A DNA stretch of 64,000 bases from Oikopleura dioica (lineage: Eukaryota; Animalia; Chordata), in NCBI GenBank assembly GCA_907165135.1, contig OU015569.1, positions 4,154,001 to 4,218,000 of the forward strand, read 5' to 3'. Shown here one piece after another: positions 35,386 to 48,772 of the stretch. Position numbers and translations under genes: made by a program. The notes under the pieces were generated by a model. The model was not told the DNA's origin and did not search any database. It was given only the letters and a program-made list of their open reading frames with translations. Every line of letters begins with the position of its first letter. The first letter of the stretch is position 1.

Positions 35386-35845
35386 TCTAATGAGAAAAAG
35401 GATAGACGAAGTTATTTATTCAGGAATGTTGAGGTAATTCAAGGAAACAGAAGGAAGAAATACAGACATGTTACATGTACGAACATTAGGTTAGTAGAGG
35501 CTGGGGTCATATTCTCGCTTGTTTTCGAAAGAAACTTTTCGGCGTTTTATAATTCTCTTCTCGGGGGCTTTTATTTTAGTTGTGTTTGAGTTTTTTGTTG
35601 GGCAACGATCAGGGCAGGACTGTGTCGATGCTGTATCTTAATTGAAAAATTATTTTACTTCTGTTATAAATTTTCTGCACCTTTCAACTCGATAATTACT
35701 TTCTTCAGGTATTTTATGTCGTCGCAAACGCATTCAGCCATCTGAATAGATGAAAGATTCACGAGCGAAAGTGTATCCTTTAGTGGAAATGAACTTTTGT
35801 ATAACGATAAAAGACTAAAGTTAGCTAATGAAGTTTCATAAATGT

Positions 35846-37607
35846 CTATCCTTTAATGACAGCAATAGGTCTAAGTTTGATTGCTTTCTTCGTGATTCCC
35901 GCCACATCGCAAGTGTCTACTACGTCCGTCACATTTTTATAACTTTCTGGTGCTTCTTCCATCACAAGTTTGGGAGATGCAACTCGGATGGAGATCCCCT
36001 TTGCCTGGAGTCCCGCTAACACATCCTAAAATTCGGTGATCACCTGAGTTTTGATCGATCATACTTTGTGATCTAAAATTCGTCTCGATTTTGACCTTGA
36101 CAGAGCTCTTCCAGCTCCATGGCATGTTGTCCCGAAACAGTCGTCAAAGCCTTTCTGTGTTCCAGTGAGCACATAAGAATTCGTCCCCATTGTTCCGCCG
36201 ATAAGAACCGGCTGCCCAATGAGCTGATAGTCAACAGGGATGAGTGGGTGATGTGGTGGAAATGCACGAGTGGCTCCCTTGCGGTGAACAAGCAGCGTTT
36301 TTGTTTTCCCATCAACCACGTGTTCTTCCACCTTTGCGATATTGTGAGACACGTCATAGATTAAATGCATGTCTAGATCATCTGCAGTTGTGTTAAATAT
36401 TTTTCCAAATGCCTGACGAACAAGGAAGGTCATTGTCGAACGATTGACAAAGGCGAAGTTCGCAGCACAGGCCATTGCTGAGGAGGAATTTAAACCCTAT
36501 CGAAATCTGGTAAGGAACCTGCAAGATAGTTCTGTCCTTCGGTAGAGTTGATGCGTGCACAAGCGAGCTGCTTATCGTTGACATGAATTCCGTCACGCTT
36601 CATAGCCTTTTCCATTTCGAGAAGGGCATCTGTCGCGACCTAAAATGATAATTTATGCTCAGTGAATGAAAAAGACATTCACAACCTGATGACCAAATCC
36701 TCTTGATCCCGAGTGGATCATAATTACAACTTGGCCCACTCGATCGATTCCCATTTTGTCTGCAGCCTCTTTGTTAAATATTTCGTCGACGACTTGAATT
36801 TCTGCGTAATGATTTCCCGCGCCAAGTGTACCAAGCTGTGGCAAGCCTCTTTTCTTAGCCTTCTTCGATACTTTGTTCGGATCTGCGCCCAACATGCGTC
36901 CGTACTCCTCGCAGTGCTCTTTATCTTCAGCCCATGCGTAGCCCTCTCTCAATGACCAGTCGAGACCCATTTCAAGCGCTTCGTCGAGGTCTTTTGGTTT
37001 CATTGGAATAACACCACGGGAGCCCACTCCAACAGGAATATGATCGAATAGAGCCTTTTCAAAATTTCTATTTTAACATTTCTCAAAGAAGTGACTCGAC
37101 GCCTGTTCAGAAATCATTCCTGCGCTAATTGCTCCTTGACTGGCTGGACATCATTCTCGTGCAAATTCGTACGAACAAGACGCACACCACAATTAATATC
37201 GAAGCCTACCCCACCAGGAGATACGACAGCCTCTGGATCGGACATATCAAACGCTGCAATGTTCCCAATCGCAAAACCGTATCCAGCATGAACATCTGGC
37301 ATGCCAATACTAATGCCGAATTTAGAAAAATTGAAAAAGGCTTTCTAACCGCTTGCCTAGCATTCACAATTCCCGGTAGAGCAGCAACATTTGCCAGCTG
37401 TTTCATAGCAGGCAAAAAACCGCCGCCCCCGTCAGCGCGTGAAAACGAGCTTTTGTACTCGTCGAACATTAGTGGCTCGAGCGCCCCATTGCAAAAGAAA
37501 TAAGCTGGCACATTCATGTTTGGCACGAAGCCCTTTTCGATTTTGAATTTACATTTTCCAACTTTCTTCACTAATTTGATTTTCTCTTCATAATTCTCTA
37601 TTCCCAT
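35846..37607 (-). CDS. RTCB: RNA-splicing ligase RtcB
   Basis: [77 protein letters not shown] and terminal LRPIAVIKG. Confidence 0.97.
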
Positions 37608-38330
37608 ATTTTCTTAAAACTCCTCGTTGATATCACTGCGATATTGAAAGAAAAAACTTGCGTAAAGAATGTTTTATTCAAAAACTTATATTAAGGAATC
37701 AGTAAGGAAATTGAAAGGATTGTAGATTATTAAAGGAAATTGATAGGAAATAATTAGCACATGCTTTTCATTTTTGTTGAACAGTAGAGAACAGTTGCAA
37801 GGGTCAACGGTTAATCAAGCTGATGTCCTGCATGGTAAAATGAAGGGATAAAGAAACGAGGGTAATTTGAAGTAAAGTTGATGCTGTAGTTAGAAGCAAA
37901 AGGCGTGAAGGTGAAAAAATCGAGGCTTGGAAGGCCGTCAAGGAAAGATCAATAAATGCAAGACTGGTGAATACTTCTTGTTGCTTTTTTCATTTGTTGT
38001 ATTGACAAGTCGTAAAGAAATAAATTGGCGGAATGGTTATTTTATAATATTACATGTCGGTTGAATATCTACTTGGAATTGAAGTCAGAAAATGATTGAA
38101 CAAACTGATTGCATACAAATATAAAGGTGTTCATTTACAGTTATCAAAGAATTTTGTACAGTAGAATGACGACAAAGAATGTCGTCGAAAATAAAAGAAG
38201 AGGAGAAAATATTTCTTCTAGGGAGAAGGCAGTGCATAGAAAGGCATGCTATGCAAGTCGGAAAGAGCTGAAGCCGTTGAATGTACTCTGAGGTGAAACG
38301 TTGTCGTTGTATCTGTACTGTCTAAGAATG

Positions 38331-41300
38331 TTATTCTTGGTTTGCTTGTTCCTCTTCTTCGGCTGTCTGGCGACGGTAGCGTTCTTCGTTCGCGTGGCGC
38401 AGTGCAGCTTCGGCTGCTTCCATTTCTCGTTTTGCCTTGAGAAGTCGTTCACGAGCTTTGAGCTCTTCTCGCTTGACTTGGAAGTCGCTTTTGTTTTGAA
38501 AGTTCGTCGCCATCTTCATAATTGTTTATTATCAACTGATAACACTGAAAAGTTTACCTCTTCGTTTTTATTTTCTCGTGCAGCAGTCGACGCTTTCACA
38601 AGGTTTTCAGCAGCTTTTCGTACTCCAGCACCAGCTTGATCCAGTCGTTTCATCGCTTCGCTATCAGGCTCAGCTTTGACTACAAAAGAGATTAACTATC
38701 GAAGACCGAATTCCCACATTACCTTTGCATGCTATAAGAAGCTGACCAGTAGCCGTTGATACACCTTGAGCCGCTGCTTCGAGCCTTAAAATATATTGTG
38801 AATCGCAATTTTCGATTAAATAAAATACTTTTCTTCAGATGCCTCTCCTTTGACAAGATCGTTTGCAGCTTCACACATAGAACCTGTTTCTCGAGCGACC
38901 ATCTGTGCAGCTGAGACAAGACCCTGACTAAATTGTCCCGTTTTGTCTTTTGAGACACCAGTGACTTGCAACCGGCCTTCCAGTACGAGTTCTTTCTGGG
39001 CGGTTGATGCTTTTTGAACAAGCAACTTAGTAGCCAGAGCAATCGACTTTGCTGCATCAAGAATTTGCTCGTCGAAATTCAGATTTTCATCGGCCTAAGA
39101 AAACTTATGACACGAAAAAGAATTATATTATGTACCTTCGAGTTAGCTTCTTTTCTAGGGGTAAGATTTGAGAGCTTCGAAGCAGCAGCTTCAATAGCGT
39201 TGGCAGCACGGAGAAGTTCTTTTTCAGCAATGACGTTGGGATCGTTTGGATCCTCCCAATCATCGCCCTTGAGTCGAAGAGCTGTTTTGGAGAGCCTAGC
39301 GATTCCAGTAGCGACCCGCTGAGAGTAGTGACTTATGTCAGACTCAAGTGCAACATCAGCTAAAACAACTTTAAACTTCGCATTTAAAGCTACGATTACC
39401 ATTGACCAAGCGATCGTGGAGAGCTGTCAAAGCGCATTTATAATCTCCAATGATATTAAAACTTTCATCGAGCAATTCAGATCGCAACTTTTCGGATGGT
39501 GTTACGGAAGCGTTGGTAACCACAGACCGAACAAGTCCATCTACAACATCAACCGAGACGCTAGAAAAAAGTGATCAAAAATCCATTCAGTTGTAAACTA
39601 CGGCTCTACCTGCACAAAGAAATTATCTCCGTTGTGTTTCCCTTTTTGCCAACGGCAACAGCGCGACTAGCCGCCATTGTCAATGGCTTCGTCGCTGCGA
39701 TCACGGCCTCTGGCTCAGGGGATCCACCCTGGACGACTTGCACGTTCTCATGCTTGAGTTTCTTAAAGGAATATTGATTGTAATCCTTAGAAAATGACAT
39801 TATTACCGCACTGAAGTTTTCAATCGCGCTTATCGAAGCCATAAGTTCCGCTGGTCCTCTAGACTGATCTTCTCGGATAACTTGAACTGTTTGAATGAGA
39901 CGAGTAACGTTTCGTACAGTTTCCGTTGATGAAGACTTCAGCTTTCCAACATTTTCCTCGCTAGAATTAGCATTGAGTTATTTAAAGTGATCTTCGGTCG
40001 ATTACCTGAATTGTCCATTAATGACTCGTGTAGCATTAATGAGCTCGGATAAGGCGGCTACAAGACCCTTGGTCACGTTGAGCAACGCAACCTGGGCATC
40101 TGGACCTTCTTTAGCGATGAACTTGGATGTAGCACGGATAGTATCTGTCAATCTGTTTATTGATTCTCCAGAAGACTCGCAGGCTTGCGTCAACTGAGAG
40201 TTATCTGACGATTCAACTGCTTGAACTAGAGAGCGTATGTCCTCAGTGAGCATTCGAGAAAACTTGGCGACCTCGCACATAAGATCTTCGAACATGAAAC
40301 TCTCGCCGATATCAAGGGCAAGTGTGCCTGATTGTGCAAAGAGAATATCTGTTTCGACGTCCTGTCTAATAGAGTCGATTTTCGATGTAAGCTTTTGGGT
40401 AGCTTTTGCGGAGGCAGAAGAGACCGATAGAACTTCCATAATACCCTTGACAGCGTCAGCGACTCTTCGACATTTTTCATGCAGATCTCGTTTGTTCGAG
40501 TCAGACGGATCTTCAGAGTAAATAAGAGAAGCGTTTATCATATCAATGAGTGAACTTCCACATGTTCTAAGAGACCATTTACCATCAAAAGCTAAAAAAA
40601 TTCTTTACCTAGTTTTCCCTTGGATAGAATTGGCAGCTACTTCGCTATCAGCGATCTTGTGCGCATGCGTGGAAACACTGCAGAGTCGCTGGAATATGGC
40701 GACAGAGTCCTTCTGAAGCTCTGGGATATCAGCAGGAGATGCAGTGCTAACACTTTGTGAAATTTGTGCCAATTCACGGCATTCTTTCGTCAGATTCGTT
40801 TGAAGCTGATTTTGTGAAAGTTTTGTGATATCAGCTAAAAATGTTATATATTAATCAGGTCAAGGTTTGTTGTTTCCACTATCACTGATGACTTACCAGT
40901 ATTAGTTAAACCGTTGACTGATTGCTCAACGACGTTAATCAAATTGTTGGCCGTAGACGCAGGTGAAACATTGATCTCTTCTTGGAATTCAACGATTGTT
41001 TCCCTTAGCATCGTACATGCTTTGTCGACTTCACTGTGAGCAGTCTTGATTTTTGGATTTCCTCCAGATTCCTTAGCACTGTATACAAGTTGCAATAGAT
41101 TTTCAAGGACCGTTTTAGCGTAGCTTATCAAGTCATCTTGTTTAGAAATCGGAAGTTTACTAGCAGCAGAGACGGTGCTAATTTAAAATTTATCATTGAG
41201 GTTGCTAGATGATAAATACCTGAGAGAAATGTTTCCGACAAGTGAAGCCATCTGCGTAACTCCGCGCCCTAGATCAACCGCTTCTGATTTAGCGGCTTTA

Positions 41301-44300
41301 GCAACAGGTGAAATCGAAGAATCGAGTTCGCTCATCAAATGGTTAAGCTCTTTGGTGTGTGATTGGAAAGTTCCAGGGAAGGTTTCTCCATCAAGTCCAT
41401 GAGACATAGCGTCCATACTTGCGTTGTTGAGCTCACGGAAGGCATCGTTGATGGAACTAATCGCTTCGTCGCACTCTTTCTGACCAGGAGCCGCTTCTCG
41501 AATGGCCTGGATCATCTTTTTGATTGACTCAGACACTTTTCGACTTGCGGCGTGAAGGCTGACTTCAACTCCCATTTTCGGATTTTGAATGTAGTTTTTG
41601 AGAATGTCGATCATTTCGGAGCCTCCATCTAGCATCGTCTTGCCAGCATCAATAATTGGTGATTGAGCTTCTTTTGCCTCTGAAGATAACTGCGGGGCAA
41701 CGTTGGAGAATTCAGGCGACGATGCAAAGTCACTCAAATTGTTCGTGACTTGTTTGAGCTGGACGGAAGCACTTCCAATATCTCCCATCCTATCTTCATT
41801 TGGATCCTGAGAGTAAGATCGGAATTTCGCAACTAAATCAGTTGTCGCCTGTCCGAGCTCCCGTGCCCCTTGCTTGAATTGATTACGCTGTTCGGGCCGG
41901 TTAACTTTATCTGCCGCTGTAGCACACATCGAGCAAAGGTTCGTTGTCTGTTTAGCAACGGCTGTAACTGCTGCCATCAACTTATCTTGAGAAGAGTCGT
42001 ATGCAATATCATCAAGGGCTTGGAAGAGCCCTTTCGAGCATTCCTGGAAACGCACCTGATCAACAACTCCCTCTTTTCCAGGGATACTTCCTTGGTCAGA
42101 AACCCCGACGATGTATGCAGCTGCACTCGCCTCGTCGGTTAACTTCAGCAGAGTATTCGTCGTCGCGTCAACATCTTGGCTGAAGGCTTCTGAGTTTTGC
42201 TCTTTGGCATGTTGGTAAAGGCTCTTCATGGAGTTGCCGAGTGAGCGACTATGCTCCGTTATGATATCGTTCAAAATCGCAAAATAGTCTTTTTTCGCTC
42301 CTGTTGGAAGAATGTCAGAATTGAGCGCGGCTTTGGCGTTATTCAATTTGCGTATAGCTGACTCGCACGACGCTTGGCCAGGAGCAGCAGCAACACATTT
42401 CGAGATGAGATCGTTAATAGCATCCGTAACACCTTTTGCGGCAGAGGAAAGAGCTATTCGGTAGCCCGAATTTCCCATATCAGTTGCGATATCCTTCGAA
42501 GCGTTTAGCAACTTGCTTGAAGCTGCAGACACTTCGCGCATTTCATCTATAACGTCTTGACGATCACTGCCAGTTGTATGGCTTGCAACTTTGATGCCCG
42601 CTTCGACGAGTCTTTCATAATCTTGGGCGTATTCCTGACTTGCAAGAACGACATCTTGTAACTCTCCACTTGCTGCTCCAACAACGTTTCCAGCAGCTTG
42701 ATTGGTATCTTCTGCAGCAATTTTCAGATCGCGCGCAGCAGCGGAATAAGTTCCAACAGGCTGAGAACGATCAGCAAGCTGATCGAACTTGTCTGTTGCA
42801 GTTTTCATCATTCTGTGACTATCTTCGATTTCTCGCTGGCCTAAAATAAAATTAAATACTATTTTCCACCCAAAGCAAAAAAATCAATAGAAACGATAAA
42901 ACTACTACGTACCAGGGATACAATTAAACATGTCCGAGAGCGCTGAAGTTAGCTCTTTCGCCATATCGAGAAGTTTATTCTTTTTGTCTGGCGAGTCGTT
43001 CTCACGCTCATCTCGACATAGAAAGAGCAATCGCTGGATTGAGTCGGCAACTTGATGTCCACATTTGATAGTGTCCACGGTGTCCGCATTTACAGCAGAC
43101 TCGTTCGCAATTGTATACTTCACAGAGTCCTTGAGCTGGACGGCTGCATCCGATGCCGCTGTCGCAGCACCATTCAATGCTGTTTCATCGGAGTTGGCAG
43201 CAGCAGAGAGAACTTGTGGAACCACTGCGATGCTTTGTTTAACAGCCTTTCCAAGTTCCAAGTCTTCATTGTGAGCAGGTACACGTCCGAGCTTGAGTCT
43301 CCCATTTTCCGCATCTTGCCTCATTTTGCCCAACTCCTTCACAACATCTCCGACCTTGTCACAAGCATTATCAAGTGGACTTGATTCACAGAGTTCAGCT
43401 GCACGTTGAGAAGACGCAACGAGCTTATTAATCGCGGTAGCTAATTTTTCAGTAGCATTTCTTAGCAACGCCTTTGCCGAGGGATCAGTCACTGTTGGCT
43501 GGGCGGATTTGGAAGCGCCGACGGTTCTCTGAGCAGGGGGTGCGAATTTCTTTGCTGCCTCAACGAGTTCGTTCAGGGCGATTGAGCTCTCTGGCTTTTC
43601 TTCCAATTGCTTAGTTGCCTTGATAAGCTCAGGAACTTGCTTCTGCATAGCTTTGTTATGGATGTTAAGGTTATTCGCTTGAATAGCGTTGTTGTTGCTC
43701 CTGGTGCCAGCACGAACGGGTGCTACCATTTGAGTTGCTGCAGAGGCAGCATGCTTAGCAGCATCGATCAAACTCTTTGCAGTCGCTCGCTTTTCACGTA
43801 GTCGAATTCCAGCTTCAGTAGCCTCAGCAAGCTCTCGAGCAGCTTGGTCCAGGTCACCAGAGCCAGCATTTTGGTTCATCGATCTCGCAGCTTCTACAAC
43901 TCCCTGGGTAGCTTGCATAAGATTTTTGGCAGCAGCGTGCAGTCTGTCTCTTTTATTTGAATCAGTAGCATCATCTCCTTCGAGCTTGAGGGCATGCACG
44001 AGGCCACCTTTTCCAACATACTGCTGAGCTAAATCCTTGACTGCGGCAATTCGCTCTTCGGGGTCATGAATGTTTGGCAGATTTTGCGCCTGCCCTGAGA
44101 GATCGCTATACTTTTCCGCGGAAGTACTTGGAGTGACGATCTTTTTCATGTGATTGATGAGCGCTTCGAGCGCGAGTGATACCTTGCCCGTCGCGTCTTT
44201 CAATTTGTTACGATCGTTAGACTCGAGCCAGTCAGTTTCCATAACTAAGTTATTGATTGCGTATGATACGTCCTTCATTGCATCTGTTAATTGCTTCTGA

Positions 44301-46972
44301 CAGCCAGTGTCGTGAATAGTTGGTGCAGTTACTTTCGCAACGGTCACGAGTTGCGACGCTGCATGAGCAGTCTTTGTCGCAGCGACAATCAACTTTGATT
44401 CTGGTGAGTTAATGTCTGATAGATCTGCATCTGATTTGCTTTGAATGACTTCTTGTACATTCTTGACTAATTCTTGTGTGGCAAATGGAACCTTAGATGC
44501 AAGTTCCACTAGACGCTGTCCACTGTCGTCAGAACTAGAACGGACACAGTTAAGAACATCCCCGAGAGCTTCAGACACTTCGATAGCAGCAGATTGTATA
44601 GATCGTTTCTTTGCTGACAGATCTTGATCAGTCTCCTGTGAGGACTTGAGAAGCTTTGAGACAGCCTGAAGAAGGTCGTTAGCAGCATTCAAAATTGAAC
44701 CTGATTTTTCTTCATCTGGAAGGCTGAGGGCAGCGAGAGCCCGGATCGGTTCCGGAAGTTCCTTGAGTTCAGACACAAGACCATCAACTGCTGGGGCGAG
44801 ACTTTGATCATTGTCGTTAGGAAATTTGTTGACAATTTGGGCGGTTGACTCGGCAACTTTCTCGCAGTGGGCGTTAATTTTATGTTTATTGAATTCAATA
44901 TCCTCGTCGCTATAGTCATCGGAGTCTGCTCTCTCGACAGCTCTCATAACTTTCATCTGTATTTCTGGGAGTTCATCGAGATTCTGCTGTACAGTCGTAT
45001 GGAATGGAATAAGTCGGGATTGTTTGGCTTGCGGAAGATTAGGATCATTGGGATTCATTATTGCTCTCTTCGCGCCTTGGAGTTCTCCCTTGACGATTTG
45101 TTTCGGATCATGCCCAGTGTAGCTAATTCCTGGAATTGCGGGCTCGCCTCGAACCCCAGCTTGGGCTTTCTGTCCCTCAGAATAGGTTTTTGCTTTGCTG
45201 GGAGCATTATTGGCTATGTGTGGCTTTTGCCAGTTGGCAGATCCGTCGTCGAATTTATCTCCGCCCTTACGTTGCTCGAGAATGATTTGAATGTAGCCAT
45301 TGATAAGAGCAATAATCTTCTCAGATTCGTCTGCCTTTGTTTTCACGGAGTAAGTGGACGAGCTCGCATCGAGCCCTTCTAGACCTTTGTAGTCCCCGAA
45401 ATTGAGTGTGACGTTGTTTGTCCCAGCCGCCCAGTTTTTAATGCTTTCGAGCGGGTATTCGAATTCTATTTCCTTGTCCTCCGTCAAACGGATCACACTC
45501 GTCTTGCTGATACCCAACAGTCGAGGCTTCATGCGATTTTTACCGCGTTCTTTTTCCTTCACCAGGAAACAAGTGACACCATACGTAGGCATACTTCGAC
45601 AGACTTTGATGTATTGCTTCTTCCATTTTAATTGGAAATTCTGTGCTTCTTCTTCTTCTTGGCTGTCTTGCTTTTCTATTCCTATTTGCTCGTTTTCCCA
45701 TTCTTTCATGATCTCTGCATATAATTTGTTCACCTTTCCTTTGCTAATGATTTCAGCAGGAATAAATTCGCTAACGAACTCTTTTTTGTCATCTTGCTTG
45801 GTCGCGTTAGAATATCGTCCACGATCTGCCTTTGCTTGATATCCCGCTAGCTGAAGAGCTTTTTCTCTCGTCACTGAGTATTCGCCAGAGATAACAGACT
45901 TCACGCATTGCTTGTACAAAAGACTCAGTTGCGTTGGGTCCCTCTCTTCTACATTCGCATCGCTGAAGAAATACCTTCTTCTTAGGACTACCACTGGTTC
46001 AATTTGGTTATGCTCATTCTCATTAAACATATTCAATAATTCCCTATAACGATAAAGCTCGCTTGCGAGGGTCTCTGAGGGATTGAGCCATTCAATTTTA
46101 TCGTCGGTGATGAGTTTGCTTTGCAGTTTGGTGTAATTTCGGTCCGCCATCTTTTTAAGCTTATTTTTAGACTTGGTAACGATAGTTTCTTTGTTCTTAT
46201 GGGCCGTTCCGTCGTGAAGTCCACTTCTACTCATAGTGCTGTCTATTCTGCTTCGGTTCATCGTTTGGTTAGACTTCATCGTGTTGTACTGACTTCTATT
46301 CATTGTCGAGTTCATCGTTGAATTCATCGTCTTCAGTGTACTTATATCGGTTTTTGCTGAATACTTCTTCACTGCGGCCGTCTCTTTTAGTGCGTTGATT
46401 TGATCCTCATCTATGCAGAAGAGATACTCAGTTGGGTTTTTATGCGTAAAGAATCACACGCATCTTTGACAACTTTCTTTACTTCTTTGGAGAAATCAAC
46501 CAGCTGGGTACTCTTGGTATCATTGAGCGTTTTGATAGGGAGTCTTTCAATTTTGTTCTTGAACAACAATTTGTAGCCGTCGTGAATGAGAAGATTGTCC
46601 AAGGTCATTTTATCATCGAGCCATTTGCCCGGTAGCTGTAGTGGAAAGATATCATCGCCATTGAAATTCATCATATAACTGAGTTCTTCGGAGAGATCAT
46701 CGAGCAGCCAAAGGCCAAATCTGCGTTTGTTGGCGACATCTTCGAAGTACTGACATTCCTCAGGATCTGCGCCATTACGGCGAAGTTGGTCAATGCATGC
46801 GCTACGAATTGTTTCGATACAGATGCTAGAATATCATTTTAAAACCTGTAACTTAACATGTAACTCACGAAGTCTCTCTGGAACTATCAAGCTCAAAGTT
46901 CTTGATAAATCTGAATTTCTTCGGCGCAATTTTAGGCTGTGCCTGTATGCCAATATCCACGGTTATCCTCAT
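38331..46972 (-). CDS. TLN: Talin (FERM head, helical rod, I/LWEQ actin-binding tail); start codon tentative, one or two apparent 1-nt frame breaks near the 5' end
   Basis: RRRYFFSDANVEERDPTQLSLLY, KVCRSMPTYGVTCFLVKEKERGKNRMKPRLLGISK, LINGYIQIIL, long Ala-rich helical bundles, DPNVIAEKELLRAANAIEAAASKL and ACKVKAEPDSEAMKRL. Confidence 0.95.
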
Positions 46973-48772
46973 CGCCACTCTCTAGTCGTGAGCAGAATTT
47001 TATCTTTGCAGAGCTGAAAATTGCAACTTAAATTTCCTAATCATTGTCGCATTCATCAATTTATTATTCATCTCTTTCCTAGTTATTTTTCAGGACTCCA
47101 GGAATTTTCTCTCGAGATACATTGATCTAAAAGACCTTTTTTAACAAAAAATCGAACGTAAAAAGAAAGGCTGCCGCCGCGCAATCTCTGGACAGACACC
47201 CTCGAAAGGGATGAATTAAATTCCTCGCAGTCCTTCCAGCCAGTCTCTGGGAGTCAAATTGCCCCATTCAGAAAAAGTCGCATTATCATCAATACTGATG
47301 GGGCTTCCTTGTTTTTGAATCGGTCCAAAGCTTTATTGTGGCAATTGGAGACTCGAGTGGGGAGACCTGTGGTGTGACGCTTATAAAACTTAAAGAAAAG
47401 GATTAACGAATATCTTTGGATCAGAATAATTGGCTACTGTCTCTTTGCTCTTGGCGTCCATTTTGGTGGACTGGAAAGCTCGAAAGGCTGAATAAAGGCT
47501 GACTTGGTTTTCACACCGTAATGCGATGGCCTGGTTCCCCAGATGGTTACCTCTCCTGGCATTGCCTTTATCTGGGAAAGCGGGCCGGTCTCTCTTATCG
47601 GGCTCTTTAGGTATTTTCACATGGGGAGTACACATTTTACTGCTCGGCGTGGTGCGCGTCTCGCTGAATCATCCACATAAAAACTCGAAACGCCTTTAGA
47701 GATTTCTCTATGAACTTGGCCTCTAGTTCTCAGAAAAAAACGACTAAGACAATATTTACGGGTTTTTAGACGCCTTATGGTGACTTCGGGTGAATATTAG
47801 CTGATAGGGCAATCTTGCTCAAATATTTAGTATTCCAGATGCCATTCTGCGTGTTTTCTGTCTGACTCTCTTCCCGCGCTCTTTTTTCAAACGAAGAGCG
47901 GAGCTATAATATTTTTTCGTACGTCGGCGCAAATCAAAGGGACGCGAAGGCAGGGCCCGCCGTCCAGGTCCCTCTCGATCTTTTTCTGGACAAAGATTCA
48001 TCAATGAGGCGATCATAAAATGCGTGTTGTAGTTATAAATCGTATCTGCCCTTTTCGGCACAATAACATTCTCGCGCTTGACGTGATAACAATAACTGCG
48101 GAATAAAAGGACCAGAAGTTCGATAAAAAAGGTTCAAGAACGGCGGCTTTGTAGTGGTCCATTCAGGTCACGTAAAATCTCTATGAATGGCAAAAGCACA
48201 ACGGTGAGTTGAGCCCAGCTGGCAAAGAGAAACGCAATTTACGATCAAATATTTGACAAATGATTTTAAGCCGTTTTCTCAATTACAAGCTGCCCACATA
48301 TTGAAAAGAGGCGACCCACAGAATGAGTATTATACTTTTCGTATCTCTAAATAAAATATCTCGAAGGGAGGCAAGTAAAACGCTTGTGGCGGTTTAAGCC
48401 GACCGATAATTAGGGCAATTTTCATCCTCCACCTTGCCGGCTGCGGATGTGGCAAAAGGGGATGATCTCTAATTTTAGCCTAATTCAGTGATGAAAACAA
48501 AACAACTTTTTAGGTCTTTGAATATTTATTTTTGTTTATTTCCGATCGAGGCCCACCGAAAACACAGAGAAATTCCAGCGTATATTTATATTTTTACAGT
48601 GAGTGAACCTTTATGGAACCATTGCTTCATGAAAATGATGAAGCGAACCACCAGTGAGAGGGTCAGTAATAGGTATTTTCTGGCGAACAATTGACAGATA
48701 AAGAAATATGTACAGATTCAATGATGAGGATGAACTTGAAGCTTTTAATTGTTTTCGTCTTATTTGCGGGCA

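Noticed and set aside
43052-45839. Several 60-170 aa plus-strand ORFs within talin (similar ones lie within CKAP5 and GGCX)
   Set aside because: They are antisense shadows of long coding exons.
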